Notes: generated from the sequence alone by a model not told the origin. A stretch of 64,000 bases of DNA from Octopus sinensis (GCF_006345805.1 NC_043007.1:47988001-48052000); one strand, 5' to 3'; numbered from the stretch's first letter, positions 48,462-61,740 are shown. Translations and numbers: made by a program.

Positions 48462-50573
48462 CTTATCAATAGCCTGGATAGACTATAAAAAGGCTTTTGA
48501 TAGCCTACCACATAGCTGGATTAGGGAATGCCTTGAAATGTATAAGATAGCACCAACTCTGCGAAACTTCTTGACTGTAAGTATGAGATCATGGAGAACC
48601 ACACTAACTCTGAACAGTGACAGTGAATCCCTAAATGCTGGTGATGTAAAAATTTCGTGTGGCATTTTCCAGGGTGACTCACTGTCACCACTCCTCTTTT
48701 GTTTATCCTTAATACCTCTCTCAAAGCTGCTCAATGACGCGCAGTACGGGTATAAAATGTTTGATAAAAATATAAATCATCTCGTTTACATGGATGATTT
48801 AAAGCTTTTTGCAAAAAATGATCAACAACTCAAGGGCTTACTAGCGATAGTCAAACAATTCAGTGACGACATCAGAATGCAATTCGGCCTCGATAAATGT
48901 GCAAAGGCTACCTTTATCAAAGGAAAAATGACAGAAACATCTAACGTTAACCTTGACCAACAGAATGTCATAAAAGAACTAGACCCAGCGGAGAGCTACA
49001 AGTACCTAGGGGTAATTGAAGGGAACGGAATAAGGCATTCAGAGATGAAGGAAAGGATCAGGAGAGAATGCTATCGAAGAGTGAGAGCAATACTCAAGAC
49101 AGAGCTGAATGCAAGAAACAGGATCGAAGCAATCAATGCATTAGCTGTACCAGTCGTGACTTACAGTTTCAATATTGTTAACTGGTCAATTACTGAAATA
49201 TGTCAGCTCGACAGAAAAATAAGGAAACTGTTGACAATGCATAGAATGCACCACCCTAAGGCAGATACAGAACGACTCTATCTGCCAAGAAAAGAGGGAG
49301 GCCGTGGTCTTTTGCAACTGGCAATAACAATGAAGATTGCTACAATTGGCCTAGACACCTACCTGAAAAACTCTGAGGACTGGATGTTAAAACTTGTCTC
49401 AAAACATGAAAACAAGAAAGCATCATACTCAGTCACAAAACAGGCAAAGGAATATCTAAGTGAATTCCGAATACAACCAATTTCGGAATTAGAGATAGAC
49501 ATACAAGAAACAAGCACAGAAAAAGCTAGGCGCATGAAAACCCGTGCCAAAACTGCGGCCTTAGATATTCTGAATAATAAATGGCAAGAAAAACCTCTCT
49601 ATGGCAAATACCCAAAGAGAGCGAATAATGCAGATATCGACAAAGCCCTGACCCATCAATGGCTAATGGCCTCTGGCTTAAAATCTGAAACAGAGGGGTT
49701 TATCATAGCAGCTCAAGATCAATGCCTACCAACAAGAAACTACCAGGCCAACATATTAAAGATCAGAAGCAGTCCAACGTGTCGTGTATGCAAGCAACAA
49801 AATGAAACCATTGACCATGTGGTCTCCAAGTGCAGTCTTCTAGCGCCTACAGAGTATCTCAACAGGCACGATAGAGCTGCACAATATATTCACTGGGTAA
49901 TCTGTAAAAACCTGGATTTGCCCCATGAAAAAAACTGGTGGGAACACAAACCACCCCCAGTGCTTGAAAATGACCACATCTCACTCCTCTGGAACTTCAC
50001 CATTCAAACTGACAGGAAGATAGATGCAAATAGGCCAGACATCATATTGAAAGACTTCAAACAAAGAACATGCCTCCTCATTGATATGACTGTCCCAATC
50101 GATATAAACGTATCTGTCAGGACCTACCAAAAACTGAGCAAATATAAAGATCTTGAAATAGAAATCAGCAAAATGTGGAAGCTGAAGACTAAAACAATAC
50201 CTGTTGTCATAGGTGCCCTGGGAATGATAGCAAAAGGGGCTGATAGCTACCTAACTCAGATACCAGGAAACCCAAAAATGGCAGAAGTTCAAAAGATAGT
50301 GCTCATGGGAACTGCTCATATCCTACGCAAAATACTCTCTATGTAACCTCAAGGTTTAAAACAACCATAATTTTCGGTTTAAAAAAAAAAAAAAAAAGAA
50401 AGAAAAAAAAAAACTTTTTTTTTTAGACATTCATTAGTACAACATCCCCACCCCCCAAATATATGGCACACTAGGCATAACAACAACATGAACTTCCAAC
50501 CCTGTTGTCTCTTGAGGTCTCTGGGTGAGACTTGGAGCCAACTTGTACAAATATAAAGCAAAAGTCAAACATA

Positions 50574-50575
<2 letters not shown>
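48462..50575 (+). mobile_element. 5'-truncated R4/Dong LINE with an uninterrupted reading frame
   Basis: Open from NLSIAWIDYKKAFD to ILSM* (50346). GIFQGDSLSP, YMDD, CCHC, RHD, RPDI..D and KY.DL motifs. (AAT)n on both sides. Confidence 0.97.
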
Positions 50576-50623
<48 letters not shown>

Positions 50624-50699
50624 GTGGTGATAATGATGATAGTGATGGTAATGGTGATGATAATAACAATAATAAGCCGTCTACGGCTGCTATAATGGT

Positions 50700-53600
50700 A
50701 CGATTATAATTGTAACGGCAATGATGGCCGTCTCCCCACGAGCCAATCAAAGCTAATAAATGTTAACATTATCGTAGCACCAAAATGTTTTTGGAAACTA
50801 AAAGGAAAACTAAATCAGTATACCAAATCGCTTGTCCTATGGTTAATCTGGAAGCGCGTCCCCCAGGGAAGAGCCAGCCTGGGATCGAAAAGTCATCAAC
50901 TGGCACAAACTCTTCTCCGAATACGGACATGGATGGTCACTTGAACGGGAAATCCCCCAACTCGAGCCCTCCAAGTTCACCACCACAACCACCACAGAAA
51001 GAAAAATGTAAGCGGAACAAATGGACCCGAGAAGAGTATAAAGAAGTAATATACGCTTATTACTATGCATTAGGTAGGCCATCTCAAGAGAGACACACCG
51101 CAAACTCTTACAGTATATGGAGAACACGGAATCAAGACAGTAGGCCCTATTTGGACGAGAACAAATTAGCAAATGTGAGGAGGGATATCCTTAGAAATAA
51201 CAGACTCACAGACAGTGAAATAAGCGCGATCAAGCACGCAACGGAAAATGACATAAATATAAGACACAAAGGAAATGAAGAATCAGATGAACAGTATAGC
51301 CCGCCACGAGGCTTAATTGAAAGACTGCCATCTGACCAAAGTACGCAAAGGCCTGAAGATACAAGAAATTCTATTGTACCTGTTAAAGATAGCCAGGAAA
51401 ACGAAAAAACAGCAGTAACTGAAGATCTCGCATTTGCTGAAGAACACAGAGAGTCTATGGCAGAAATGAGGCAGAAAATCCTGAATACGCTTGAAGTTGT
51501 AAGACATACAAGTATGAATGATAGAGAACCACTTCATAAACTCTCAAATACAAACCAAAATAAAAACAAATCCAAATTGGCAACTATGTAACAAATGAAA
51601 TAATACGAGAATTAAACCTGATTTTACTGAGTTAAATGAAATTATTTACGCTTCTGCTAGGGCAATTGAAACCAGCTGTATGCCCCCGAAAAAACAAAGA
51701 AAACAAAACCTGGGAAGAAATCAAACCTGGAGAAGTAAAATTGAAAAAGAGATTGAATTTATGAGAGGGGAAATATCAATATTAAATGAACTAATATGTG
51801 GAAATGATGTAAGATCCAGAACGGGAAGAAAGATGAAGAGAAAATTTGGATCCTCACCAAGAGAAGAACTGATATCAATAAAAGAAACGCAGAAACAAAA
51901 AGTCCAAGCAGAAGCCCAAAGAATACGAAGATTTGAGAAGAGAAACAAGTTTTACAAGCAAAATAAGCTGTTCACATCCAATGCCAAAAAATTCTACAGA
52001 GAAATAGGGAAGGAGAAAGTAACCGTTAAACACCCCCCTCCCATGGAAGAAGTTCAAAACTTTTGGAAAAGGATTTGGAGTGACAAGAAGACGTACAACA
52101 TAAATGCAGACTGGATTATACAAACTGAAGGATCCTACCAAAATTTACAACAACAAGCATGGGAAGACATCACAATAGCAGACCTAAGAAAGGCAATCAC
52201 GAAGGCCTATAATTGGAAATCCCCCGGTAAAGATAAGGTGCCGAATTTCTGGCTCGCATCGCTTCCATGCGCACACGGTAAGCTAGTTCAGCTGCTCAAT
52301 GGAATTATGAGAGACCCAAAGAAAACACCTGAATGGTTAGCAAGTGGCATTACTTACCTACTCCCAAAGAATAACGAAACCAACCTTCCAAAAAACTATC
52401 GGCCTATAACCTGTCTATCCACCACGTATAAAATCCTAACATCTATCCTGACGGAGAAAACATATGCATTCATGGAGAAGAACGATATTTCCCCATTGAA
52501 CAAAAAGGGTGCCGCCGAGGCATTTACGGATGCAAAGATCAACTGCTAATTAATCGTATGATCCTTGAGAACTGTCACAACAAGCGCAGAAATCTCAGCA
52601 CCGCATGGATTGACTATAAAAAGGCCTTCGACAGTATACCGCATCCATGGATCTTGAGATCGCTGGACATCTTCAAAATTTCCCCTGTGATTTCAAACTT
52701 CCTAAAGCACAATATGTCGTTGTGGAATACGAATCTCCAATTATACCACTCTAATGGAGTACTTGCCTCAGAAAATATAAACATCAACTGTGGAATTTTT
52801 CAAGGTGACTCACTTTCACCTTTAATATTCTGCATAGCCCTAATACCCCTTACAAGTGAATTAAACAGAACAGGGTATGGGTATAAAATTGCCAAGAAAA
52901 AAATAAGCCATCTATTTTATATGGATGACTTAAAACTTTATGGTAAAGACAATAATGAACTTGAAGGCCTATTGCGCACCGTGAAAGCATTCAGCGATGA
53001 CATCGGGATGGAGTTTGGACTTGAGAAGTGTGCCAAGGCCACTTTCCAGAAAGGGAAAGTGAAGACCACAAATTCAGTCGTGTTAGATGTTGACACAGCC
53101 ATAAGAGAGCTTGAGCAAGTACAAGCATACAAATATTTAGGGATAAATGAAGGCTCTGGTATTCAGCATGCAAGCATGAAAGAGAAAATCAGGAAGGAAT
53201 GTTATAGGAGAGTTCGTGCAGTCCTGAAATCTGAACTAAATGCACGTAACAAGGAGTTAGCTATAAATTCCTTAGCAGTTCCAGTTGTTATTTATAGCTA
53301 CAATGTGTTGAACTGGAATATGAGTGAAGTAAAGAATATAGATAGGAAAATACGCAAGCTGCTGAGTTGTAATAGGATGCACCACCCAAAGGCAGACGTA
53401 GATCGCCTTTACCTTCCCAGAGCCCAAGGAGGTCGAGGCCTGATCCAATTTGAACTAGCTTACAAAACAACCACAATTGGACTGGCCAAATATCTCGAAA
53501 TATCGAATGACTGGATGCTAAAGCTCGTGGAAAATCCCGAGAGACGAAAGAAGCTTCATTCTATAATAAAGGAAAGCAAAAAATTTGCTACTGATCTCGT

Positions 53601-54620
53601 GCAGGATACCCAAACTGAACAACCCGAGGGAAGTACGGCAACTATTGTTGCAAAGAAGGTGAAAATGATGGCAATGAAAAAAGCGCACGAGCAAATGGCT
53701 GATAGGTGGGAGGAGAAACCTCTGCACGGCAAATATGTGACCCGCAGCAAACAAACTGATGTTGACCAGAAGCAAACCCATCAGTGGCTACGGAGCTCAG
53801 GGCTAAAAGCAGAGAGCGAAAGTTTCATCCTGGCTGCTCAAGATCAAAGCCTATTAACCCGGAACTACCAGGCCAATGTGATGAAAAATGGAGCAGACCC
53901 AAAATGCCGATTCTGCAACGACATGATTGAAGCAGTGGACCACCTAATCTCTGGATGTAAAGTCTTAGCACCAGTGGAGTATAAATTAAGACATGACAGA
54001 GTTGGCCAATATCTCCACTGGCTAATAAGTCGGCATTACAATATCAAAACTGCCGACAAGTGGTATAATCACCACCCTGAGGCTGTAACTGAAGGAGAAA
54101 ATGTAACCATTCTGTGAGACTACAGACCGAACCATCAAGGCCAATAAACCAGATATTGTTGTGAAAGACCAAAACAATAAAGTTTGCTTATTGATCGACA
54201 TGAGCATCCCCTGTGATCATAATATCTCAGCGAAAGAGTTTGACAAGCTCAGAAAATATAAAGACCTACTCATTGAAATTGAGAAAATGTGGCATCTCAA
54301 GGCGGTTACAATACCAGTGATCGTAGGAGCACTAGGAATGATCAAGAAAGGAACCGAAAATTATATGAGAATGATCCCTGGCTTACCATCCCTGCAAGAA
54401 GTGCAAAAGATTGTCTTAACTGGTACATCACACGTATTGAGAAGAGCATTGTCGATGTGAGAACTGTTGCTGCTCATGTATTTTAATTTAACTTTAAAAA
54501 AAAAAAAAATGAACGAACTACTGAGTTTGGTTTAATGGCCTACCAATGTATACTATGAGTTTCTTTGCCCTAGGAGTCGGGAAGACACTCGGCAAGAAAT
54601 GGAAGCAAATTTGAAAGAAG
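50700..54620 (+). mobile_element. Near full-length R4/Dong LINE broken into four ORFs
   Basis: ORFs 50785-51591 (KWTREEYKEV, LANVRRDI), 51680-52549 (WKSPGKD, NYRPITCL), 52558-54117 (YMDD, CCHC, RHD) and 54161-54460 (RLE tail). (AAT)n flanks. Confidence 0.97.
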
Positions 54621-54652
54621 AAAAATAATAATAATAATAATAATAATAATAT

Positions 54653-54683
<31 letters not shown>

Positions 54684-54729
54684 AAGAAGAAGAAGAAGAA
54701 GAAAAGAAGAAGAAGAAGAAGAAGAAGAC

Positions 54730-55330
54730 CGCAGCATATCACAAACGAATACCTTAGATTTGCCCAAAACCACTACAAGTTGTGGCGACACGATTAGGTA
54801 ACGAAAGTACTACATTGGAAACTGCGAAAAGTGGGGGCTAAAAAGAGGCAAAACGTGGTATGAGCACAAACCGCAGAGAGTGACGGAGTCGGAGACTAGC
54901 AAAATCCTTTGGGATTTCCCAATCCAAACAGATCAGATGCTAGAGCATAACAGACTGGACATAGTGGTGGTGGACAAGATGCACCACATATGCTATATAG
55001 TTGATGTCGCATGCCACTTTGACCCGCGAATAGTCAAGAAGGAAGGCGAAAAAATAGATAAATACAACCCTCTTAAGTAGGAAATAGCCCGGCTATGGAA
55101 AATGAAGAAAATGAAGATAGTGCTAATTACTGTTGGATCCTTGGGAACAGTATCAGAAGGCATCAAGAGGAATATAAAGGAAATTGGAATAGAGTGCCCA
55201 GTAGAACGGCCTGAATAATCAGAAAAGTATTAGATAGCTGAAAAGAATGGATAGCATGGTATCGTAGGCTGCAGGTAGCAAGCCCGCTAAGCATGTAAGA
55301 TTCCAGGAACTCCAACAAAATTTGTGATAA
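54730..55330 (+). mobile_element. R4-group 3' fragment of a different subfamily
   Basis: KILWDFPIQTDQMLEHNRLDIVVVDK...DVACHFD...KIDKYNPLK. Bounded by (GAA)n and (AAT)n. Confidence 0.85.
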
Positions 55331-55372
55331 AGAGAAATAATAATAATAATAATAATAGTAATAATAATAATG

Positions 55373-55451
<79 letters not shown>

Positions 55452-55452
<1 letters not shown>

Positions 55453-55735
55453 TGAGAAATACATTTCTGAAAACAGAAACAATTCCTATCATAGTAGGTG
55501 CATTAGGCATGATAAAAAAATATTCAGACAAATACATAACAAAAACACCAGGACTTACAAACACATATAACATACAGAAAATTGCACTACTAGGCACTGC
55601 ACACATCCTACGCAGAACACTTTCCATACAATAACCATCAGAGCATCACAACAAATCACAGCACATACCCAAGGCACACAGAGCTGCGCTCGGTAGTGAA
55701 GTGAAAGCACGCTATAAAAATAAAACTACTGAATA
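55452..55735 (+). mobile_element. Short R4/Dong 3' end (very truncated copy or Dong-derived SINE)
   Basis: ETIPIIVGALGMIKK...IQKIALLGTAHILRRTLSIQ*, then 3' UTR and (AAT)n. An inverse copy lies at about 56760-57215. Confidence 0.85.
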
Positions 55736-56060
55736 ATAATAATAATAATAATAATATGTGAAAAAACCACTCCGCATTTGTGAGTGAAAATACCAAGCAA
55801 AATAGATGACGATAACGGTGTGAACGGGACTGGAACCAATGAGGAAGGTGCTGCACCCGGCAGGTTCCCCACTATGCAACAGCGTTGGCCCGGTCGTAAT
55901 CCAGCCATTGCTAGTCATGCTAAAAGATAAGTGAATTCTTCACAGGGTTCTTGATGTATGACCAGTAAACAAGTGTCACCTTAGTATTCTGGGTGTGGAC
56001 AGTTGACACTTTCCATCATACCCAGCAAAATGAGCTGTAAGTTTTCATTACATGATAATA

Positions 56061-56134
<74 letters not shown>

Positions 56135-56136
<2 letters not shown>

Positions 56137-56640
56137 GCCCTTATGCAGTACCAGGCACTGGCTCTTATGACTTCTAGGTATAAAAGATGGGCAACAGTAA
56201 ATATTTTGCTCAATATCACAGATTTGCATGTCAGTTGCTTGACCTTAACCAGTTGAGCATTCGCTTGGTGGCTGAAGATATCTGCATGTCTGATCATGAG
56301 AAAAAGAAGTAGGGGAGAATCATAGCCATTTGTTGAGAGGAATTCTTTGGAGTCTGAATACTTCACTTCTGGAAACATGGGTGTTTCGTTCAACATCCTT
56401 AAACAACCCTTCTTCAAGGACCTTTTGAGTGGGATGGGCTACCCGACCTGAAGAAAATTTTAACTGGGCCCCACCTGCATTCACTGTCTATCTTATTGTG
56501 AGATCACCATGTCGTGCATATATGGTTATGATGCATGTGCCTAGTGTACTTTATCAGCTGGGTAGTCATGATGGTTATACTGGGTTTCGTATATTTCACC
56601 CGTGTCACTTTGATGGAATGCACTGCTCTCTCACTCAATA
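56135..56640. repeat. Second copy of the unclassified (AAT)n-flanked repeat
   Basis: Aligns with 36905-37450. Confidence 0.8.
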
Positions 56641-56759
56641 ATAATGATGATGATGATGATGGTAATTATTATTATTATTATTATATTATTATTATTATTA
56701 TTATTATTATTGATTTTATTATTATCATTATTATTATTATTATTATCATTATTATTCAG

Positions 56760-57215
56760 TAATCTTATTTTTATCATGTCCTTTCACTGCACTACCAAGC
56801 GCAGCTCTGTGTGCATTGGGTATGTGCTGTAGTTTGTTCTGATGCTCTTATTTTTACTGTATTGAAAGTATTTTACGTAGGATGTGTTCAGTACCTAGTA
56901 GTGCTATTTTCTGTGTGTTATATATACTTGTTAGTTCTGGTGGTTTTGTTATGTATATGTCTGAATATTTTTTATCATACCTAATGGCTACTATGATAGG
57001 AATTGTTTCTGATTTTAGACTACACATTCGAGTTACTTCTATTTCCATATCTTTGTATTTTGCAAGTTTCTCCGTTTCTTTTAGAGAAACGTTGTCATCT
57101 GTTGGTATTGCTACATCGATTAGAAATTATTTTTTTCCTTGGTGATCTCTGACAACTTTATCCGGCCTATTGGCCTTAATTTCTCTATCTGTGTGTATTG
57201 GCATATTATTATTAC
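56760..57215 (-). mobile_element. R4/Dong 3' end fragment
   Basis: KLAKYKDMEIEV...SETIPIIV...QKIALLGTEHILRKILSIQ*. Confidence 0.85.
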
Positions 57216-57228
57216 TATTATTATTATT

Positions 57229-57540
57229 ATTATTACCTCCGCCTTAGCGAAGGCAGAGGTATTGTTTTCAGGTGTGTTTGTTAGTTATTTGTTTGTCCGT
57301 GGACAAGATATATCAAGAACCACTGGATGGATTCGAATGAAACTTTCAGTGATGCTTGGCCTTGTGACTGGCACGAACTGATTAGATTTTGGGATCGGTC
57401 CGGTACCGGACAAAGATTCTGGATTATTTGTTATATTTACTTTACTTTACATGAAGTATTACGATCTCTGATTATCTCCTTTGAAAGCACGCTGATGGTT
57501 TCCACGTAAATTGTGGCGGCGTTGCTATTTCCAAAGTTTT
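57229..57540. mobile_element. Possible Helentron-derived (HINE/DINE-like) non-autonomous element
   Basis: Terminal hairpin acctccgcctt-agcg-aaggcagaggt, followed by gtttgt-type microsatellite and ggattcgaatgaaactt. Confidence 0.4.
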
Positions 57541-58087
57541 ATTTTCGTTTCTTTATTATTTATTTTACTCGTATCTCTATCTAACTGATGGATAAAGAAA
57601 TCAGGCTACATAAACCGTTCAGAAATTAAATAACACTAACATATTTTTTAAATATATGTATTATATATTATACATACATATTAACATTTTACAATATACT
57701 TACATATATACATACATCTATACATCGATCTAAAACAACAAGAATACTAAAGGAAGGCCGGAATTTAAGAGAAGAGAAAACCAAAAGGTCACATGCTATT
57801 CATTTAAAAATTCCTGAGTAGAACTTAAACCAGAGAAGTTCAGTCAGAAATTTTTCTGACTTATCACATACTCAACCTGCCATATGTTTGATCATGTCGC
57901 CTACTTTGACAAGTAAAAATTACCTCAGCTAGTGCGCTATAAACACAACGTCAACCATTCGCCATATATTGCTTGACCGATCATGTGTAAAACTCCAATA
58001 TTACCAAGTGAAAAACTTTTAACATTTCATATTTTAAAAATATCTAACTTGGAATTGGGTGTTATAAATATTTTGTTCATTGTTTAG

Positions 58088-58179
58088 GTATGACAGACAA
58101 AGACAGAAACCTTATTGTAGATTTACACAATAAACATCGCAAAGACGTTGATCCACCAGCCTGTGACATGATGAAAATG
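58088..58179 (+). CDS. CAP gene 2 exon (G-MTDKDRNLIVDLHNKHRKDVDPPACDMMKM)
   Basis: tgtttag acceptor and gtaagt donor. 92 nt, phase 1 to 0. HN..R and P.A..M..M CAP motifs. Confidence 0.93.
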
Positions 58180-59119
58180 GTAAGTGCACATCGTTATACA
58201 AAGTTAAAATTTTTTTAATTGATGGAGTTAGTATCTGAGTAAATAATTAAGTGAAGGTGGTTTATCATATGATTTTGGTATGTAAAATCAGTGTAGTTAA
58301 CAACAAGGGGAGAAACTATGGTAATTCACTTCCAAGATGACCAAATATATATTGTTTCAATGATATATTTAGGAGTAGATATACACAAGAAAGTAAATAT
58401 GCATATATACCTATATCTATCAATCTATGTCTGTCTGTCAGTCTCTCTGACTGCATGTGTGTATGCATGCAACTGGTAAATTATGATATATAATCCAGAT
58501 ATTTGTTTCATGAAGCACTTCCACGGATAGGGGTGGGGTTATCTGAAAGTTGTTGTGTATGGTGGGCTCGCAGTAATCCGGAAAAGCCACAAAACATCCG
58601 TCGAGTTTTATACAATAAAAGAAATTTTGAAGAATAGAGTCAGTAAATTGTGTTTATTGCTCAGTTTACAATTGTTTCATTGATTTCAAATAAACCAATC
58701 TTGTGTCATCTGTTAGCTATGTCACAGCCCATGCCGGAACTAACTCCTCTGGACTTCGACAAAAGCAACAAACCTTTTGACTTTCCAATCTCACCGAAAA
58801 TAGTATGTACACAGTAAACGGTCACACGATATAATATAATATATAATATAATATAATATAATATAATATAATATAATATGATATGATATAATATATTATA
58901 ATATATATATATATGATATGATATGATATGAAATGTTGATGGACTCTCTCATTAAATTGACGTTGTCTGAGCAAGTGCCACGCATCGAGTATCAAAGTGA
59001 TCGCAGTAAAACGTGAGATAAAGTGTTTTGCTCAAGAACACAAACGCACCATCCGGTCTAGTAACTGAAATCACGATCTAGCAATTGTGAGTGCCACACT
59101 CTAACCATTAGGATTATAT

Positions 59120-59784
59120 ATATATAATTAGAAATACTGCATTTCTAAATCTCTCAGAGAACCATACACAGTAGCAGCACGATAAAGTAATGGTTTGTTG
59201 CCAACTTAATGTGACAGTCCCAGGAAAGGGAAGAATGCTACTGCTATTTAGCCGCAAGAAACACCCTTTCTTGTAGCTACGTGACACAAGCGTTCTGTGT
59301 CCTTGTTTTCCAACAGGGGAGATAAGCACCTCCACCTAACAAAGCCAGCATCAGAGACTAGTTTCAGAGTAGATGCCCTTCATCAGTCTGGAGTAGTTTG
59401 GCCTTGCTAGCTGTCGGTGCTAAATCGCTGTAGAAAACTTATAGAATTTCAAGTGAAATAAATTCGCTGATCTACAAAATTAGAAATGCATTTCTAAATC
59501 TCTCAGAGAGAGTTATGCACTAGCAGCACAATAAAGTGATGAGAGATGCGTTCTGTGTCCTTAAGTTTTCTAACAGGGGAGATAAGCACCTCCCGTCGCT
59601 TTATCGTGCTGCTACTGCATAACTCTCTCTGAGAGATTTAGAAATGCAATATTTCATATTTTGTAGATAGGTGAATTTATTTCACTTGAAATTCTATATG
59701 TTTTCAACAGCGATTTAGCACCGACAGCCAGCAAGGCCAAACTACTCCAGACTGATGGAGTGCCTTGAATAAATAATAATAATA

Positions 59785-59826
<42 letters not shown>

Positions 59827-59960
59827 CAGCAAAAAATACCTAAGGAATAAGAACCAAGGGTCGGGTTCAAAATTCTATCAGGACACCTGATGAAGACTGG
59901 AGAGTAAATCAGCCGAAACGCTGTGGTAACAACAAACAAGATGAGGATACATATCCATCC
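59120..59960. mobile_element. Penelope-like pLTR cluster (direct and inverted partial copies)
   Basis: About 59125-59340 is repeated directly at about 59485-59595. About 59380-59545 is inverted at about 59595-59760. Carries CTGATGA motifs. Confidence 0.7.
59352..59390 (-). ncRNA. Minimal type I hammerhead ribozyme
   Basis: Minus strand CAGA-CTGATGA-AGGG-catcta-CTCT-GAAA-CTAGTC-TCTG. Stem I CAGA/TCTG, stem II AGGG/CTCT (one G-U), palindromic CTAG stem III, GUC cleavage triplet. Confidence 0.75.
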
Positions 59961-60039
59961 AATGTAAATAATATGTATACACAAGTATATTATTATGATT
60001 ATGATTATTATTATTATTATTATTATTATTATTGCAATG

Positions 60040-61440
60040 CACAGTGGCCCCTGCTCTGTGGTCACAGTAAATGGCCACCTATTGGACCCGTTTAGTATCG
60101 CACGTTCGGTCCGTCAGGGCTGCCTGCTGTCACCTCTTCTGTGTGTGCAGGCTCTCGAGTCACTGCTGCGGAAGTTAGAAAAGTTAAGAGGACTCCCTTT
60201 CGAAATTGGACTTGTAGGGGCTAAGATCAATGCCGACAAGTCGGTGGGATTGCGACTGGGCACCTGGAGAAGCAAATCGATGCCGTCGGACGCTTGACTG
60301 ACGAACCAGTGAAACTGCTCGGGATCTGGTTTGGTCCTGACCTCCAAGTAGAGGTGACGAAAATGGTGACCTCTCTTACCCAGAAATGGACAGAGAGGAA
60401 ATTGCTCCTAGAAGGTCAGGCAGAGGTAGTGAATGCCTACTATGCCTATGTCATTATTTATCGTCTGACCGTTGTGCCTTGCCGCAGTTACTGCTTGATT
60501 AGATTGGAGCGTATCCTGTTTATTTTCTTGTGGAAAGGACGCGTTCCAATTGTCAGGCGGTCGGTCTGCTGCCAATTTCCTTTGCTTGGCGGCTTAGGCA
60601 TGCCATGGATTTTAATGCGTAGACACACACTCAGGTTGCGCCCCCTGCAGCGATTTTTAGGTGAACGTGTGTGGGCTCTGTTTGTGAGACACGCCTTTCT
60701 GCAGCTCGTCTCCTTGACGGAGCTGCAGTCTTGGGTAAAGGATGTGGTCAGGTGCTCACAGTCCTCTACAAATCAGGCAACCGGATAGGTGGATGTTCCA
60801 CTTTAGATATTTACAGAGGATTAGTAGGAGGGAAGTGCGACGACGTCCTCGGAGAGACCCTAGGTGTTGACGAAGACGAACTAACAAATCTATTCCGGAG
60901 GACTTTCCGGTTGGGGACTGTTATGGATAATTTCCAGATGGCTTTGGCCTGGCAGTGCTACCGGTTCGAGATGAACTCTACAGGCATGATGTGCTGTCAG
61001 ATGGGTTTGTCTGAGGTGCTTGCGGAGCGATGAAACCGTTCTGCAGCACTTGTTCAGTGTCCGGGCATTGCTAACTTGTAGAGTTATGTCGAACAGCTGC
61101 TGTCGCGTGTCGGACAGATCCGTCTGTCCTCTGAGTCCATAATGATGATTGCCCCGCCGCCCTCCTTTAATCGGCCTGGCAAGGCAGTTTTCCGTTGAGG
61201 TGGCTGTGGCAAAAGAGGTTATCTGATAGATGAGGCTGAATGGAATAGGGACAGAAACTTTCCTCTTTGGTAAAGCTTTCATCGACTTTTTCAAGTTTCA
61301 CTTGAAAAGGAAAGTGAGGGTGGAGAGGGTGGTGCTGTCCGCAAGTGAATTTATGAAAAAGTGGGTGAAAGTTGCAAAAATGGCAAGAGTGGATGGCATT
61401 TTACCTGTACTTTCCATAGTCTCTATTATTCAATGGCTAC
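60040..61440 (+). mobile_element. Degenerate L1/Tx1-clade LINE (RT C-terminal half)
   Basis: SVRQGCLLSPLL, GAKINADKS, LLGIWFGPD, FLWKGR, GGLGMP, MDNFQMALAWQCY, LKRKVRVER. Confidence 0.88.
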
Positions 61441-61489
61441 GTCCTGGTACTTTTCTATTTTTTCTATACCTCTCATATTGATTTCATCT

Positions 61490-61740
61490 TCATTTGGGAC
61501 TGTAAAGTCAATTATCTGACAATTCATAGTTTCTTTATCTACTACTACTACTAAATCAGGCCTTCTAGCTTCTATTACTCTGTCAGTCTGAATGTTAAAG
61601 TCCCACAACATCTTGTACTTCTTACTTTCTAGTACTTTACTATGTTCATGTTCATACCATTATTATGATGATTATGATTATTTTTATTATTATTGCTATT
61701 GTTGTATAGCCAGCTCATGCTGTAAACATGTAAATATTCG
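61490..61740 (-). mobile_element. R4-group RLE fragment
   Basis: LWDFNIQTDRVIEARRPDLVVV...IDFTVP...KIEKYQDVAIE. Confidence 0.8.

Noticed and set aside
59884-59926. Second hammerhead-like motif CTGATGA...GAAAC
   Set aside because: The cleavage triplet would be GUG and stem II has a mismatch, so it is treated as inactive and not listed as ncRNA.
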